The translations under genes and the position numbers were made by a program. The notes under the pieces were generated by a model that was given only the letters and a program-made list of their open reading frames with translations, was not told where the DNA came from and made no database searches. A stretch of DNA of 64,000 nt from an uncultured bacterium (GTDB lineage Bacteria > Oederibacteriota > PGYV01 > CAWJRG01): positions 416,001 through 480,000 of the forward strand of contig CAWJRG010000005.1 of the NCBI GenBank assembly GCA_963845185.1, in the 5' to 3' direction. The number at the start of each line of letters is the position of its first letter. Positions within the stretch are counted from its first letter, which is position 1. This document shows, in pieces, positions 7,681-17,430 of this stretch.

Positions 7681-9435
7681 TCAGTGCCCTGCGTTCTTCG
7701 CGTTGTTATATCTTTTTTTCTCGTCCCACATCTGCTTTACCATTTCTTCATTAATATATATGGCCGTGAGGTTCGAGTGCGCGGTTTCATCGAGCGGGTA
7801 AAGCGATATTATCTTATTATACAAATCTATCGCGGGTTGTTTCTTGCCTTCCAAATATAAAACCTTTGCCTTGTCATTGAGCGCTTCGGCGTCATCCGGG
7901 TAATATTTGAGGAATGCATCAAACTTTTGCCCTGCTTTCCCGTAATCCTTTGTCTCCGCGTATAATATGCCTGACTGCATAAGCCCCTGCTTTGAAACAG
8001 GCATATATTTCAAAAATTCTTCAGTATAATCCTGCGCGGCTTTTACATTGCCTGTCTTAAAATAATAATCTGCGATATAGTAATACTTTTTTTCAAACGG
8101 ATAAAGATTATCCGCCTTCCTGAAAAAATAATCAGCTGTACTGTAATTTTTGGCATCAAGCGTGTTAATTGCGTAATTCATGCTTATGCTTCCGGCTGTT
8201 GCCCTTAAATAAACAATCATTATTATTGCTGATAAGACCGCGGTTCCCATAGTAAACCCTGGAGTTTCATGGTGTTTTTTTATTTGCTTGTTCATGCCAA
8301 GCCCGAGAGCCATGAAAAAACAGGCGTTTGTCGGCAGGACAAAAAAGGGGAAATTAAAAAAAGCGTGCGCCAGCAATGCAACCATGCCTGCAAGCGCGAT
8401 TTTTGCCGTATTATTCCCGGCTATAATCAGCCTCTTTATTGAAAACCAAATGAATGCCAGAAATAATCCCAGGGCAATAATTCCGCTTTGCGCGGCTATA
8501 TCGATGAAATCATTGTGCAAATGCCCGGTCTCAAAATAACCGGCATTGTCGTTTTTATACAGGGAATAAAAAGCCTCTATGTTCCCGATGCCTATGCCTG
8601 TAAATATATTCCTGCCAAGCATATTGAGCCCTGTTTTCCACATCATCACCCTGCCTCGCAGATCGCTGCTGCCGGCGCCTGTCGCCTTTACCCTTGCTGC
8701 GACCGCGCTGTATTTGCCTGTCAATAAAACCAGCCCCGCGACAATTACTATTGCTATAACTATATACTTTACATTTTTTACAATCTCTGTTCGGAACAAA
8801 AATAACAGCAGGAGCGCGGATAATATAAACGCGAAAATCGAGCTTCTTGTCTGTGTTAAAAACAGCGTAAGCAAAAGAAAACCCGCGGCAATAGTTATTA
8901 CAATTTTATTTTTTGATAAAAGCAGGGTAAAAGGCAGCATGAGCACGAGATACCCGCCGAAAAAATCCGGGTTGCCGAAGGTCGAAAACGCCCTTCCTGA
9001 AAAATTCGTTATCCACCCCGGCAAATCAAAATTAAAAGCCTGCAGCAGCGCGTATAAAGACGCAAGGCACGCAGATGCTGTCAGCGCCATTGCTGCTTTT
9101 CTTGTTTCTTTCCTGCTAAGGAAATGCCGGGCATACAAAAACAGTACCGCGGCCATTACCCACTCCAGCCACGACATGAACGCCGTAAACTTGTTTATGC
9201 TTTTAAAAAATCCTATAAAAAACGCCGCGAGAAACAGCAAAACTGTTTTATCGACAGCGTCAAATTCGATATTTTTTATATTGTTCAGAATCGGCGCGAG
9301 AAAAACCAGGCCGGAAACAAGCAGGATAAACTTCGGTAGATAGTAAGCGTCCTCGCATTTCTGCACAAAAGCAAGTGGTATCATGAATGCAAGGAACAAA
9401 AAATACGTCTTTATTAGTTTATTGTATAATTTCAT
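7681..9435 (-). CDS. O-antigen ligase (Wzy_C) family membrane protein with C-terminal TPRs
   Basis: STFGNPDFFGGYL, TQTRS, R..MW, GIGIGN, HLHND; TPR-like tail. Confidence 0.88.
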   Translation of the reverse strand: MKLYNKLIKTYFLFLAFMIPLAFVQKCEDAYYLPKFILLVSGLVFLAPILNNIKNIEFDAVDKTVLLFLAAFFIGFFKSINKFTAFMSWLEWVMAAVLFLYARHFLSRKETRKAAMALTASACLASLYALLQAFNFDLPGWITNFSGRAFSTFGNPDFFGGYLVLMLPFTLLLSKNKIVITIAAGFLLLTLFLTQTRSSIFAFILSALLLLFLFRTEIVKNVKYIVIAIVIVAGLVLLTGKYSAVAARVKATGAGSSDLRGRVMMWKTGLNMLGRNIFTGIGIGNIEAFYSLYKNDNAGYFETGHLHNDFIDIAAQSGIIALGLFLAFIWFSIKRLIIAGNNTAKIALAGMVALLAHAFFNFPFFVLPTNACFFMALGLGMNKQIKKHHETPGFTMGTAVLSAIIMIVYLRATAGSISMNYAINTLDAKNYSTADYFFRKADNLYPFEKKYYYIADYYFKTGNVKAAQDYTEEFLKYMPVSKQGLMQSGILYAETKDYGKAGQKFDAFLKYYPDDAEALNDKAKVLYLEGKKQPAIDLYNKIISLYPLDETAHSNLTAIYINEEMVKQMWDEKKRYNNAKNAGH

Positions 9436-10396
9436 TGTATTTTTTTCTCAGCTTGTCTACGAGCGCGTTAAAGTCCTGCGGCGGCTCGGCAACCAGCTTT
9501 ATTTCTTCTTTTGTGAAAGGGTTTGTGAACTCGAGCCTGTGCGCGTGCAGCATCTGCCGTGGCATTACGTCGCGGTAACTTTCCTTGCTGTAGCCCATGT
9601 AAGTCAAAAGCTGGAAATCCCTTGATCTGTCGCCGTAAATTTCGTCCCCAAGGACATTGTGTTTAATGTAATTCATATGCACCCTTATCTGGTGGGTCCT
9701 GCCCGTGAGTATTTTTACCGATAAAAGCGTTGTGTTGTAAAATCTCTCAAGTGGGGTGAATATGGTGTAAGCTTCCTTGCCCTTCAACATTCTTGCGGTA
9801 AATTTTTTCCTGTCCCTTAAATCCCTGTTTATAAGCGTGCTTAAATGCCCCTCTTCCTCTATTACCCCGTGCACCAGGCACAGGTATTCTTTTTTTATTT
9901 CCTTTTTTTTGAAAAGTTCAGCCAGCTTATTGAGCGCTTCCTCGTTTTTCGCTATAAGGATGGCTCCCGATGTGTCCTTGTCCAGCCTGTGGACTATGCC
10001 CGGCCGCAAATCTTTTTTCTTGAAATCTTCCTGCTTTATGTACTTGCCGTAAACAGCATTCACAAGGGTATCATCGTCATGCCCGGCTGCGGGATGCACC
10101 ACAAGGCCGGGCTGCTTGTTTACAACAAGCATGTATTTGTCCTCGTATATTATGTCGAGCGGTATGTCCGCGCCCTTTAAATTGTACTCGACAGGCACTT
10201 CCTCGATATATTCTATTGTATCCCCTGTTTTTACTTTCTGGTTATAGCCCCTTGCCGGCCTTCCGTTGATATATATTTCTCCCCGGTCGATGCGCCTCTG
10301 GATTTTCGTCCGGCTCATGTCGGTATTTTCTTTTAAAAATACGTCTATGCGTTTTTTGCCTTCTAAGTCCGCTTTAAGCGTTTTCCTGTCTTCCAT
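9419..10396 (-). CDS. rluD: RluA/RluD pseudouridine synthase
   Basis: S4 domain, HRLDKDTSG, GRTHQIRVH. Confidence 0.93.
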   Translation of the reverse strand: MEDRKTLKADLEGKKRIDVFLKENTDMSRTKIQRRIDRGEIYINGRPARGYNQKVKTGDTIEYIEEVPVEYNLKGADIPLDIIYEDKYMLVVNKQPGLVVHPAAGHDDDTLVNAVYGKYIKQEDFKKKDLRPGIVHRLDKDTSGAILIAKNEEALNKLAELFKKKEIKKEYLCLVHGVIEEEGHLSTLINRDLRDRKKFTARMLKGKEAYTIFTPLERFYNTTLLSVKILTGRTHQIRVHMNYIKHNVLGDEIYGDRSRDFQLLTYMGYSKESYRDVMPRQMLHAHRLEFTNPFTKEEIKLVAEPPQDFNALVDKLRKKYNEIIQ

Positions 10397-11124
10397 GTGT
10401 AAATTAACCCCGCAATTCCCGCCGCTACCATAAAAATGCTGATGAACTGTGATGTGGAAAGGAAAAATATCGTGCCGCGTTCCGTGTCCCCCCTGAAAAA
10501 CTCAAGAGTAAACCTTATTACCCCGTAGTTCAAAAAATAAAGCGAAAAAACCCTGCCGTCTGCCCTGCCTTTGTTTTTGTAGACAATCATAAGCACTATA
10601 AAATTGATGAAATTCAGGGCTGACTCGACAAGCTGTATCGGGAAATGCGGCAGATTGTCCCCTGCGCCCTGGAAAACAATCCCGTGTTTCGTATCGACAA
10701 ACCCATAGCAGCATCCGTTAAAAAAACAGCCTATCCTTCCTATGGAATGCGCCAGCGCTATGAAAGGCGCGCTTATGTCCCCAAGCCTGAAAAAAGGCAG
10801 CTTGTTCCTGCTTATCCACCACCAGCACCCTAGCACAGCGCCTATAAACCCGCCGTAAAAAACAAGCCCGCCCTGCCACAGCATGAAAATTTCCACTATG
10901 CGGGTCTTAAAATACGGCCACCACACAGCCACATATACCAGCCTTGAACCAATGACCGCGCCTATTATGCTGACGATGCCCAGGTCGATTATCACGTCTT
11001 TCTTGAAACCTTCTTTTTCCGCCAGGATTGAAGCAAGGTATATGGCAGTCAGAAATGCTATGGCCACCATTATGCCGTAAACTTTTATCGGAAAACCGCC
11101 TAAATCGCAAAGGACCGGATGCAT
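10363..11124 (-). CDS. lgt: Prolipoprotein diacylglyceryl transferase
   Basis: YGIM, GGLVFYGG, IGRIGCFFNGCCYG, RFTLEFFR. Confidence 0.95.
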   Translation of the reverse strand: MHPVLCDLGGFPIKVYGIMVAIAFLTAIYLASILAEKEGFKKDVIIDLGIVSIIGAVIGSRLVYVAVWWPYFKTRIVEIFMLWQGGLVFYGGFIGAVLGCWWWISRNKLPFFRLGDISAPFIALAHSIGRIGCFFNGCCYGFVDTKHGIVFQGAGDNLPHFPIQLVESALNFINFIVLMIVYKNKGRADGRVFSLYFLNYGVIRFTLEFFRGDTERGTIFFLSTSQFISIFMVAAGIAGLIYTWKTGKRLKRT

Positions 11125-11128
11125 TTGT

Positions 11129-11593
11129 TCACCTCTCAAAAAGAATATGCAGGATAAAAAGGAAAACCCCGGCGCTGATGCCGCAGTCTGCTATGTTAAA
11201 TACAGGCCATTTGAAAGCCTTATATCCTATCTCGATAAAATCCACCACCCTGCCCATAAAAACCCTGTCTATCAAGTTGCCGCAGGCGCCGCCCAGTATG
11301 AGCCCGCATGAAAGGTTATAAAGGAAATTTGTTTTGGGATGCCTTGCCCAGTAAATGGTTATTGCTATTATGGCCGCCAATACCACGGACGCAAGGATCC
11401 ATCTCTGGGCCTGGCTGAATTCCTTGTTCAGCACGCCGAAAGAAATACCGTTGTTTTCAATGTATGTGATGCTTAATATGTTGTCCTTGATGACGCTTAT
11501 TGACTGGTAAAGCGCCATGCCTGTCTTGACGAGTGACTTGACAAACTGGTCGAGAATTATGGTGGCTGCTGCAGTTATCATGAATGTTCTCAT
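11129..11593 (-). CDS. lspA: Lipoprotein signal peptidase II
   Basis: DQFVK, NNGISFG, GNLIDR, VVDFI, FNIAD. Confidence 0.96.
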   Translation of the reverse strand: MRTFMITAAATIILDQFVKSLVKTGMALYQSISVIKDNILSITYIENNGISFGVLNKEFSQAQRWILASVVLAAIIAITIYWARHPKTNFLYNLSCGLILGGACGNLIDRVFMGRVVDFIEIGYKAFKWPVFNIADCGISAGVFLFILHILFER

Positions 11594-12537
11594 CAGACGA
11601 CCCTCTCTATTTTGTCTATTATTCTCCTGAGCGTGCACAGGACGCCTATCGGGTTGTCGGATTTGTCCCTGATAAACATGGTGTTTACCAGCACTTTCTT
11701 GCTGCCTTCCGGCGTATTCAAAATCAGCTCCTTGTCAAAAGCCGGTTCTTTTTTGAACCTCAGGTTCAGTATCAGCTCTTTCAGCTCGCCAAGTGTCTCG
11801 AGCGAATATATGGAAAAATTGATTACCTTTGACCTTCTGGCATTAAAAATGGTTTCGCAGGCGGTGTTGAAGGTCCTTATTATCCCGCCATCGTCTATTA
11901 TGATCAGCCCGTCCCTGAAGCTGTCGTATACCCTCGACGTAAAGGTTATGAACCCGTTTAGCTCCTCGTTAACGTTGTTTATCTTGTTTGAAAGCACGGC
12001 GTTTGCCCTTTCCAGGCTCTTTTTTTCCTCGGCGTCCTCGTTTGCCATTTCCGCTATATAGCTGCTGTGCAGGGCAACCACGAATAAAAACGGGATGTTC
12101 ATCAAAGTTTTTGCTTCGGCCAAAACAAATCCCTCCCCGCCCATGGTGCTTTTTATGTAAATATACAGGGCGTTCACGACAAAAGCTATGAGTATGCTCA
12201 GTTTTATCGACTGGCCCACGGCTGCCATGAATATAGCAAGGAATATGAAAAGCAGGAAATAAATGTCAAACTGCGCCAGCCAGTACACGCCGAGCGAAAT
12301 TATGATGAAGTCCAGGATAAAAACAAAATAATGCAGCTTTACACCCTCGTACAGGTCAAGCGGCAGATAAATAAAAACAAAATTGCTTATTACGACCAGG
12401 AGAAGGTAAAAAATAATGTATTGTTTCGAGCTCATTATGGCCGTGTAATTATACGCGCCGAGCAGCAATATCGCCAGCGACAATAGCGCCCTGATGTATA
12501 CTATGGACTGTTTCCTGAGCTTTATTGTAGATTCCAT
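11593..12537 (-). CDS. Membrane protein with coiled coil and C-terminal PAS domain, no output domain
   Basis: 5-6 TM segments, then DGLIIIDDGGIIRTFNTACETIF...RDKSDNPIG. Confidence 0.75.
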   Translation of the reverse strand: MESTIKLRKQSIVYIRALLSLAILLLGAYNYTAIMSSKQYIIFYLLLVVISNFVFIYLPLDLYEGVKLHYFVFILDFIIISLGVYWLAQFDIYFLLFIFLAIFMAAVGQSIKLSILIAFVVNALYIYIKSTMGGEGFVLAEAKTLMNIPFLFVVALHSSYIAEMANEDAEEKKSLERANAVLSNKINNVNEELNGFITFTSRVYDSFRDGLIIIDDGGIIRTFNTACETIFNARRSKVINFSIYSLETLGELKELILNLRFKKEPAFDKELILNTPEGSKKVLVNTMFIRDKSDNPIGVLCTLRRIIDKIERVV

Positions 12538-12571
12538 ATTTTGTCTCCTTTCAACTGTTTTTCCGTTACTA

Positions 12572-12600
12572 GTAGAGACGACCCGCCGGGTCGTCTCTAC
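12572..12600. repeat. GTAG-REP palindrome
   Basis: GTAGAGACGACCC-GCC-GGGTCGTCTCTAC; exact reverse complement of 63153-63181. Confidence 0.9.
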
Positions 12601-12606
12601 TTTATA

Positions 12607-15375
12607 TTATAAGTTTCCCGCGCATCTTTTGCAAAGGCCTGGATGGCCCGGATCTCTTCCGGTGCTCAGGTCGTACCGCCAGCACCTTTCGCATTTGTTT
12701 CCAATGGCTTTTTCGATTGAAATCTCCAGCCCTGCATCCCATTCAGCGTCTGCCTGGTTATAAAGCCCGCATTCGGCGTGGGACACTATGAATATTTCAG
12801 CCATGTCGTCCTTGAATTTCTTTATTGCGCTGTCCAGCGTTTTTGACCTGTACCTGAGCTTTACATCGGCCTCATACGGATGTTTTATGATTTTGGCTTC
12901 CCGTTTTTCCTCTATCTTTTTTAAGACGGCTGCCCTCAGGTTCATGAGCAGTTCCCATTGCTTTATTTCTTCATCAGGCAGCAGCTTGTCCGCCTCGTCC
13001 TCCCATGTTTCGAGGTGCACATGCTTTTCCTTTTTTAGGGGCTCAGGCATGAACTGCCATACTTCATCGGCAGTAAAAACAAGCACTGGCGCTATCCTTT
13101 TTGCAAGCTTGCAAAGCATTTTATAAAGCACGGTCTGGCCGCTGCGCCGTCCATGCGAATCCTTCTTAAAAGTATACAGCCTGTCCTTTAAAATATCAAA
13201 ATAAAAAGACGACAAAAAAACCGAGCAGAACTGGTTAAAATCCCTGTAAACCCTGTAAAACTCGAAATTCCGGTAGTATTTTTCCATATCATCCGACAGC
13301 CGCTGCAGCCTGTCCAGCGCGTATTTGTCAAGCGCCAGCAGTCTTTGGTAAGGGACCGCGTCTCCCGGCAGAAAGTCATAAAGGTTTCCCAGCATATACC
13401 TGAAGGTGTTCCTTACTCGCCTGTAAGCGTCGGTTATGCGCGCCATGATTTCGTCTGATATGGGCTGGTCTTTTGTGAAATCCTCTGACGCTGTCCACAG
13501 CCTCAGCACGTCAGCGCCTGATTTTTTCATTAAGTCAAGCGGGTCTATGACATTGCCGAGCGACTTGTGCATTGCCCTGCCCTGCGAGTCCACGACCCAG
13601 CCCGTGCTTATTACGGATTTATACGGTGCTGCGCCTTTAAATCCCACTGATGTGAGCAGGGACGACTGGAACCAGCCCCTGTACTGGTCAGAGCCTTCGA
13701 TGTATAAGTCAGCCGGCCATGTAAGCCCTGGCTTGCCAAAAAGCACGGAAAAGCTGCTCGAGCCCGAGTCAAACCATACGTCGAATATGTCGTTTTCTTT
13801 TTCTATTTCTGTCTTGCCGCAATGCGGGCATGTAAACCCCTGCCCTAAAATTTCCGCGGCCGTATATTTAAACCACGCGTCCGAGCCTTCTTTCTTTATC
13901 AGCTCGCGCGTCTTTTTCATTGTCTCCTCGGTTACTATGTTCTGTTCGCAGCTTTTGCAAAAAAAAGCGAAAATCGGCACTCCCCATGACCTCTGCCTGG
14001 ATATGCACCAGTCAGGCCTGGTTTCCAGCATTTTTGTTATACGCGTCTCGCCCCATTCGTTCAGCCACTTAACTTTTTTTACCTCATCGAGCGCCTGCTG
14101 CCTGAAATTGTTTTTGTCCATGGAAATGAACCATTGGTTGGTGGCGCGGAAAATTATCGGGTTCTTGCACCTCCAGCAGTGCGGGTATGAATGCGTAGTT
14201 TCCTCGGAATATAAAAGCGCGTTTTTGCTTTTTAACAGCTCGATTATTTTTGGGTTCGCGTCAAAGACATTGACGCCTTTCATCTCTGCGAATTCTTCTG
14301 TGAACCTGCCCTTACTGTCCACAGGGTTCAGCACAGGAAGGTTGTATTTTAAGCCAAAAATATAATCCTCGTACCCGTGTCCCGGCGCTATGTGCACGCA
14401 GCCCGTGCCGGTGTCAAGAGTGACGTAATCCGCCAGTATCACGTGAGACTCCCTGTTGACAAAAGGATGCTGGGTTATGATGTGCTCCAGTTCTATGCCT
14501 TTAAATGTTTTCAGTACTTTATATTCCTTGCCTGTTTTTTCCGAAAAATCTTTTAGCAGAGCCGCTGCAATAATATATTTTTCATTGCCTGCTTCCGCAA
14601 GCGCGTATTCGAAATCAGGATGCACTGCTATGCCTACGTTTGCAGGCAGCGTCCATGGCGTAGTTGTCCATATAATAATGTAGGCTCCTTTGTCTATTTT
14701 TACCTTTGCCCTGGATGAATCACTAATGCTAAACCTGACATAAACAGACGGGGTCTTGTGGTCCTTATACTCGACCTCTGCCTCTGCAAGAGCTGTCTCG
14801 TCCCTGAAACACCAGTAAACAGGCTTTAAGCCTTTATAAACAAGTCCTTTTTTATACATTTCCCAGAAGATCTCAGCCATCTTGTCCTCATAATCTTTGG
14901 CCAGGGTCAGGTAGGGGTGTTCCCAGTCGCCGATTATGCCGAGCCGCTTAAACTGCTCTTTTTGCAGGCCAACATATTTCATGGCATATTCGTGGCAGTG
15001 TTTCCTTATGTCGAGTTTTGACATTTCATTGCGCTTAGAACCCATATTTTCAATAACTTTATTCTCTATTGGCATGCCGTGGCAGTCCCAGCCCGGTATA
15101 TAGGGGGAATTAAAATTCATAAAGAACCTGGACCTCACAACAATATCCTTTAGGACCTTGTTTAAGACATGCCCCATGTGAATATTGCCGTTCGCGTAAG
15201 GAGGCCCGTCGTGCAGCAAATAAAACGGCCTTGATTTTCTTTTTTCGAGAAGGCTTCCATATACGCCGTCAGCTTCCCATGACTTCGCGAACTCAGGCTC
15301 CCTGTTCGCCAGGTTGCCTTTCATCGGGAACTCTGTCTGCGGCAAATTTATCTGTGTGTCTTTGTCATCAGGCAT
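12607..15375 (-). CDS. ileS: Isoleucine--tRNA ligase
   Basis: DGPPYANGNIHMGH, WDCHGMP, WCISRQR, EGSDQYRGWF, AMHKS, C-terminal zinc finger; start set at MPDDK. Confidence 0.98.
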   Translation of the reverse strand: MPDDKDTQINLPQTEFPMKGNLANREPEFAKSWEADGVYGSLLEKRKSRPFYLLHDGPPYANGNIHMGHVLNKVLKDIVVRSRFFMNFNSPYIPGWDCHGMPIENKVIENMGSKRNEMSKLDIRKHCHEYAMKYVGLQKEQFKRLGIIGDWEHPYLTLAKDYEDKMAEIFWEMYKKGLVYKGLKPVYWCFRDETALAEAEVEYKDHKTPSVYVRFSISDSSRAKVKIDKGAYIIIWTTTPWTLPANVGIAVHPDFEYALAEAGNEKYIIAAALLKDFSEKTGKEYKVLKTFKGIELEHIITQHPFVNRESHVILADYVTLDTGTGCVHIAPGHGYEDYIFGLKYNLPVLNPVDSKGRFTEEFAEMKGVNVFDANPKIIELLKSKNALLYSEETTHSYPHCWRCKNPIIFRATNQWFISMDKNNFRQQALDEVKKVKWLNEWGETRITKMLETRPDWCISRQRSWGVPIFAFFCKSCEQNIVTEETMKKTRELIKKEGSDAWFKYTAAEILGQGFTCPHCGKTEIEKENDIFDVWFDSGSSSFSVLFGKPGLTWPADLYIEGSDQYRGWFQSSLLTSVGFKGAAPYKSVISTGWVVDSQGRAMHKSLGNVIDPLDLMKKSGADVLRLWTASEDFTKDQPISDEIMARITDAYRRVRNTFRYMLGNLYDFLPGDAVPYQRLLALDKYALDRLQRLSDDMEKYYRNFEFYRVYRDFNQFCSVFLSSFYFDILKDRLYTFKKDSHGRRSGQTVLYKMLCKLAKRIAPVLVFTADEVWQFMPEPLKKEKHVHLETWEDEADKLLPDEEIKQWELLMNLRAAVLKKIEEKREAKIIKHPYEADVKLRYRSKTLDSAIKKFKDDMAEIFIVSHAECGLYNQADAEWDAGLEISIEKAIGNKCERCWRYDLSTGRDPGHPGLCKRCAGNL

Positions 15376-15533
15376 TGCCTTATCCTCCGGATAAATAAAT
15401 TCCAATTCCGTGTTGCAAATTCTAAAACAGGAATAAAACAGTTTTATCATATTCCATGCTATTTTTCAATAAGTATAACGTGTGGAATTTACGGGATTAA
15501 GAAATGATTACATCAGAGAATTTTTGATATTGC

Positions 15534-16601
15534 TTATTTTTCTGCGCCGCCGGCAGGAAGATTATCTTTTTCATTTCCCTTCAGCTTGTCGATAAACTCC
15601 TGCAGCGCAGCGTCGCCCGGGTTTAAAGAAAGCGCCTTTTCGTAATAAAAACCCGCAAGCGCCCTGTCTCCAAGCCTGTATTGCACGGTTCCCATCTGTT
15701 CGTTTAATCTGTAGTCATCCGGAAACCTTTTAAGCCCTTCAAGGAGTATGCCTTCCGCGCCTTTGTAGTCTTTGATATCCATATACTTTTTGGCAAGAAA
15801 ATAATAACTCTGGTCCTCGGCCGTGAAATGCGGCTGTTCAGCGGCCCCGGATACGCCCTTATTGTGAATTAATGTATTAAAAATCTGGGTTTGTATTTTA
15901 AACATCATCCCGAAATAATAGGGCTGCGAGTATGAATATTTGGTCCAGTCGCCGGCATCGTACTGGTCCTGGTAAGTATAGGAATTTACGCCTGTTAAAA
16001 CCAGGCCGCCGCCGGCGCAAAAGGTAAAATTATCCAGTATATGCCATTCAATCCCTCCATAAACATTTGTATACAGGCCTTTCGTCGCGTAAATATCCGC
16101 CGTTTCAGTGGCGGTATTCGCGGAAGGGCCGTACATATACTGTTCGTAACCCGCAAAAATGATTTCAAATTGCTTGCTGGGTACAATATTAAGAATGGCT
16201 CCCAGCCCTCCGCCAAAATCGCCGTACAGGTCAAAATAGCCGGTGCCGTCAAGCGCCAGTAAAATCAGCCCTTTCTGGTCCATCGGCGAGAATTTCAAAT
16301 CCCCGCAAAAAGTATAACCGTAATAACCCACTCCCAGCTCTAATGTATCAATTCCCGGCCTTAACCGGGCTTCCAGTATTGTAAAATTTGTGTCTACGGG
16401 CTGGCCTGAGGTTGTAGTGCTGTTATTATAGGATGAATAACTGGTCGTTGTGTAATCATAGTGCACATGGTATATCCCGGCCCCTAATTCAACGCTGTCA
16501 TTGTCCGCGAGCCTTGCAGTGGGGCTTATGGGTATGGTAATGCATCCGGAAAAAATAATTAAAATCAAAACAGGCATTAAGAAATAAATTGCTTTTTTCA
16601 T
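15534..16601 (-). CDS. Putative lipoprotein with C-terminal TPRs
   Basis: Lipobox IFSGC; beta-rich core; TPR-like tail. Confidence 0.65.
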   Translation of the reverse strand: MKKAIYFLMPVLILIIFSGCITIPISPTARLADNDSVELGAGIYHVHYDYTTTSYSSYNNSTTTSGQPVDTNFTILEARLRPGIDTLELGVGYYGYTFCGDLKFSPMDQKGLILLALDGTGYFDLYGDFGGGLGAILNIVPSKQFEIIFAGYEQYMYGPSANTATETADIYATKGLYTNVYGGIEWHILDNFTFCAGGGLVLTGVNSYTYQDQYDAGDWTKYSYSQPYYFGMMFKIQTQIFNTLIHNKGVSGAAEQPHFTAEDQSYYFLAKKYMDIKDYKGAEGILLEGLKRFPDDYRLNEQMGTVQYRLGDRALAGFYYEKALSLNPGDAALQEFIDKLKGNEKDNLPAGGAEK

Positions 16602-16645
16602 TGCCGCCTCCGCCTTGAATGCCAAATCCCAAATCATTGATTACA

Positions 16646-16673
16646 ATTATACCCTGTTTTATGGTTTTGTCAA
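16646..16673 (-). promoter_or_regulatory. Sigma70 promoter
   Basis: TTGACA-N16-TATAAT. Confidence 0.75.
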
Positions 16674-16813
16674 TTGATATGGAGTTAACAGGAGCGGCGG
16701 GTTTTTTCGCGGAGCGGGAGTGGAACTTCCTCTAAAAAAATTCTCTAATATGCTCCCTCCCCGTAGCGCTATCATACCCTGCCTCTACCGGCAGGGTATT
16801 TCGCGGAGTGGAA

Positions 16814-17245
16814 TTAATGTATTTTTTCAAGTAATCCTTTTATCGAAGAAATCAATTTTTCAGGGCTGTAAGGCTTCAGGAAAATGGCGTCAAAACCAAG
16901 TGCTTGCATTTTCTGTACTGTATCTTTTGAACCCAGCGCAGTAAAAGCCGCAATTTTCGTATTTTTCAGAGCCGGAAGGCTTTTTAAATCTTTATAGACC
17001 TCAAAGCCGCTTACGTCGGGAAGCATTATGTCAAGCAGTATCAGATCAGGCACAAATCCGCTCCCTATTATCTTAATGCATTCTTTTCCGTTGTAGGCCC
17101 TGACAAGCTCATAGCCTGCGTTATCCATTGTGTCCATTACCGACATCATTACTGCCAGTTCGTCTTCGACAATCAGGATTTTGCGGGAAACCGGCCTGGT
17201 TTCAACGCCTGCCGGCGCATTGACGGGATTTTCAGATATGTTCAT
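16814..17245 (-). CDS. Single-domain response regulator (receiver)
   Basis: ILIVEDE, LLDIMLPDVSG, FTA, KP. Confidence 0.92.
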   Translation of the reverse strand: MNISENPVNAPAGVETRPVSRKILIVEDELAVMMSVMDTMDNAGYELVRAYNGKECIKIIGSGFVPDLILLDIMLPDVSGFEVYKDLKSLPALKNTKIAAFTALGSKDTVQKMQALGFDAIFLKPYSPEKLISSIKGLLEKIH

Positions 17246-17287
17246 TTTGCGCCTCCAGTTTATTGAATTCTATATATATATATATAT

Positions 17288-17315
17288 TAGACAACTCAAA
17301 AGCCAAAATGTTGCA
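17288..17315 (-). promoter_or_regulatory. ECF sigma-type promoter
   Basis: TGCAAC-N16-TGTCTA. Confidence 0.6.
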
Positions 17316-17382
17316 ATAAAAATTGCTTTACCGCAATGTTTCCTGATGAAAATTTCAATAGTGCTTTAAACTCACATAAAGC

Positions 17383-17420
17383 AAAGAAGCCCGGAGCAGG
17401 CACCCCGGGCTTCTTTTATT
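17383..17420. terminator. Intrinsic terminator after the NHL gene, probably bidirectional
   Basis: AAAGAAGCCCGG-N10-CCGGGCTTCTTT. Confidence 0.75.
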
Positions 17421-17430
17421 TTTTATATTA

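Noticed and set aside
15376..15533. T-box leader for ileS
   Set aside because: The region is short and AT-rich, with no T-box motif or terminator
17271..17287. (TA)n tract as a phase-variation switch
   Set aside because: It lies downstream of the predicted -10, so length change would not alter promoter spacing or reading frame
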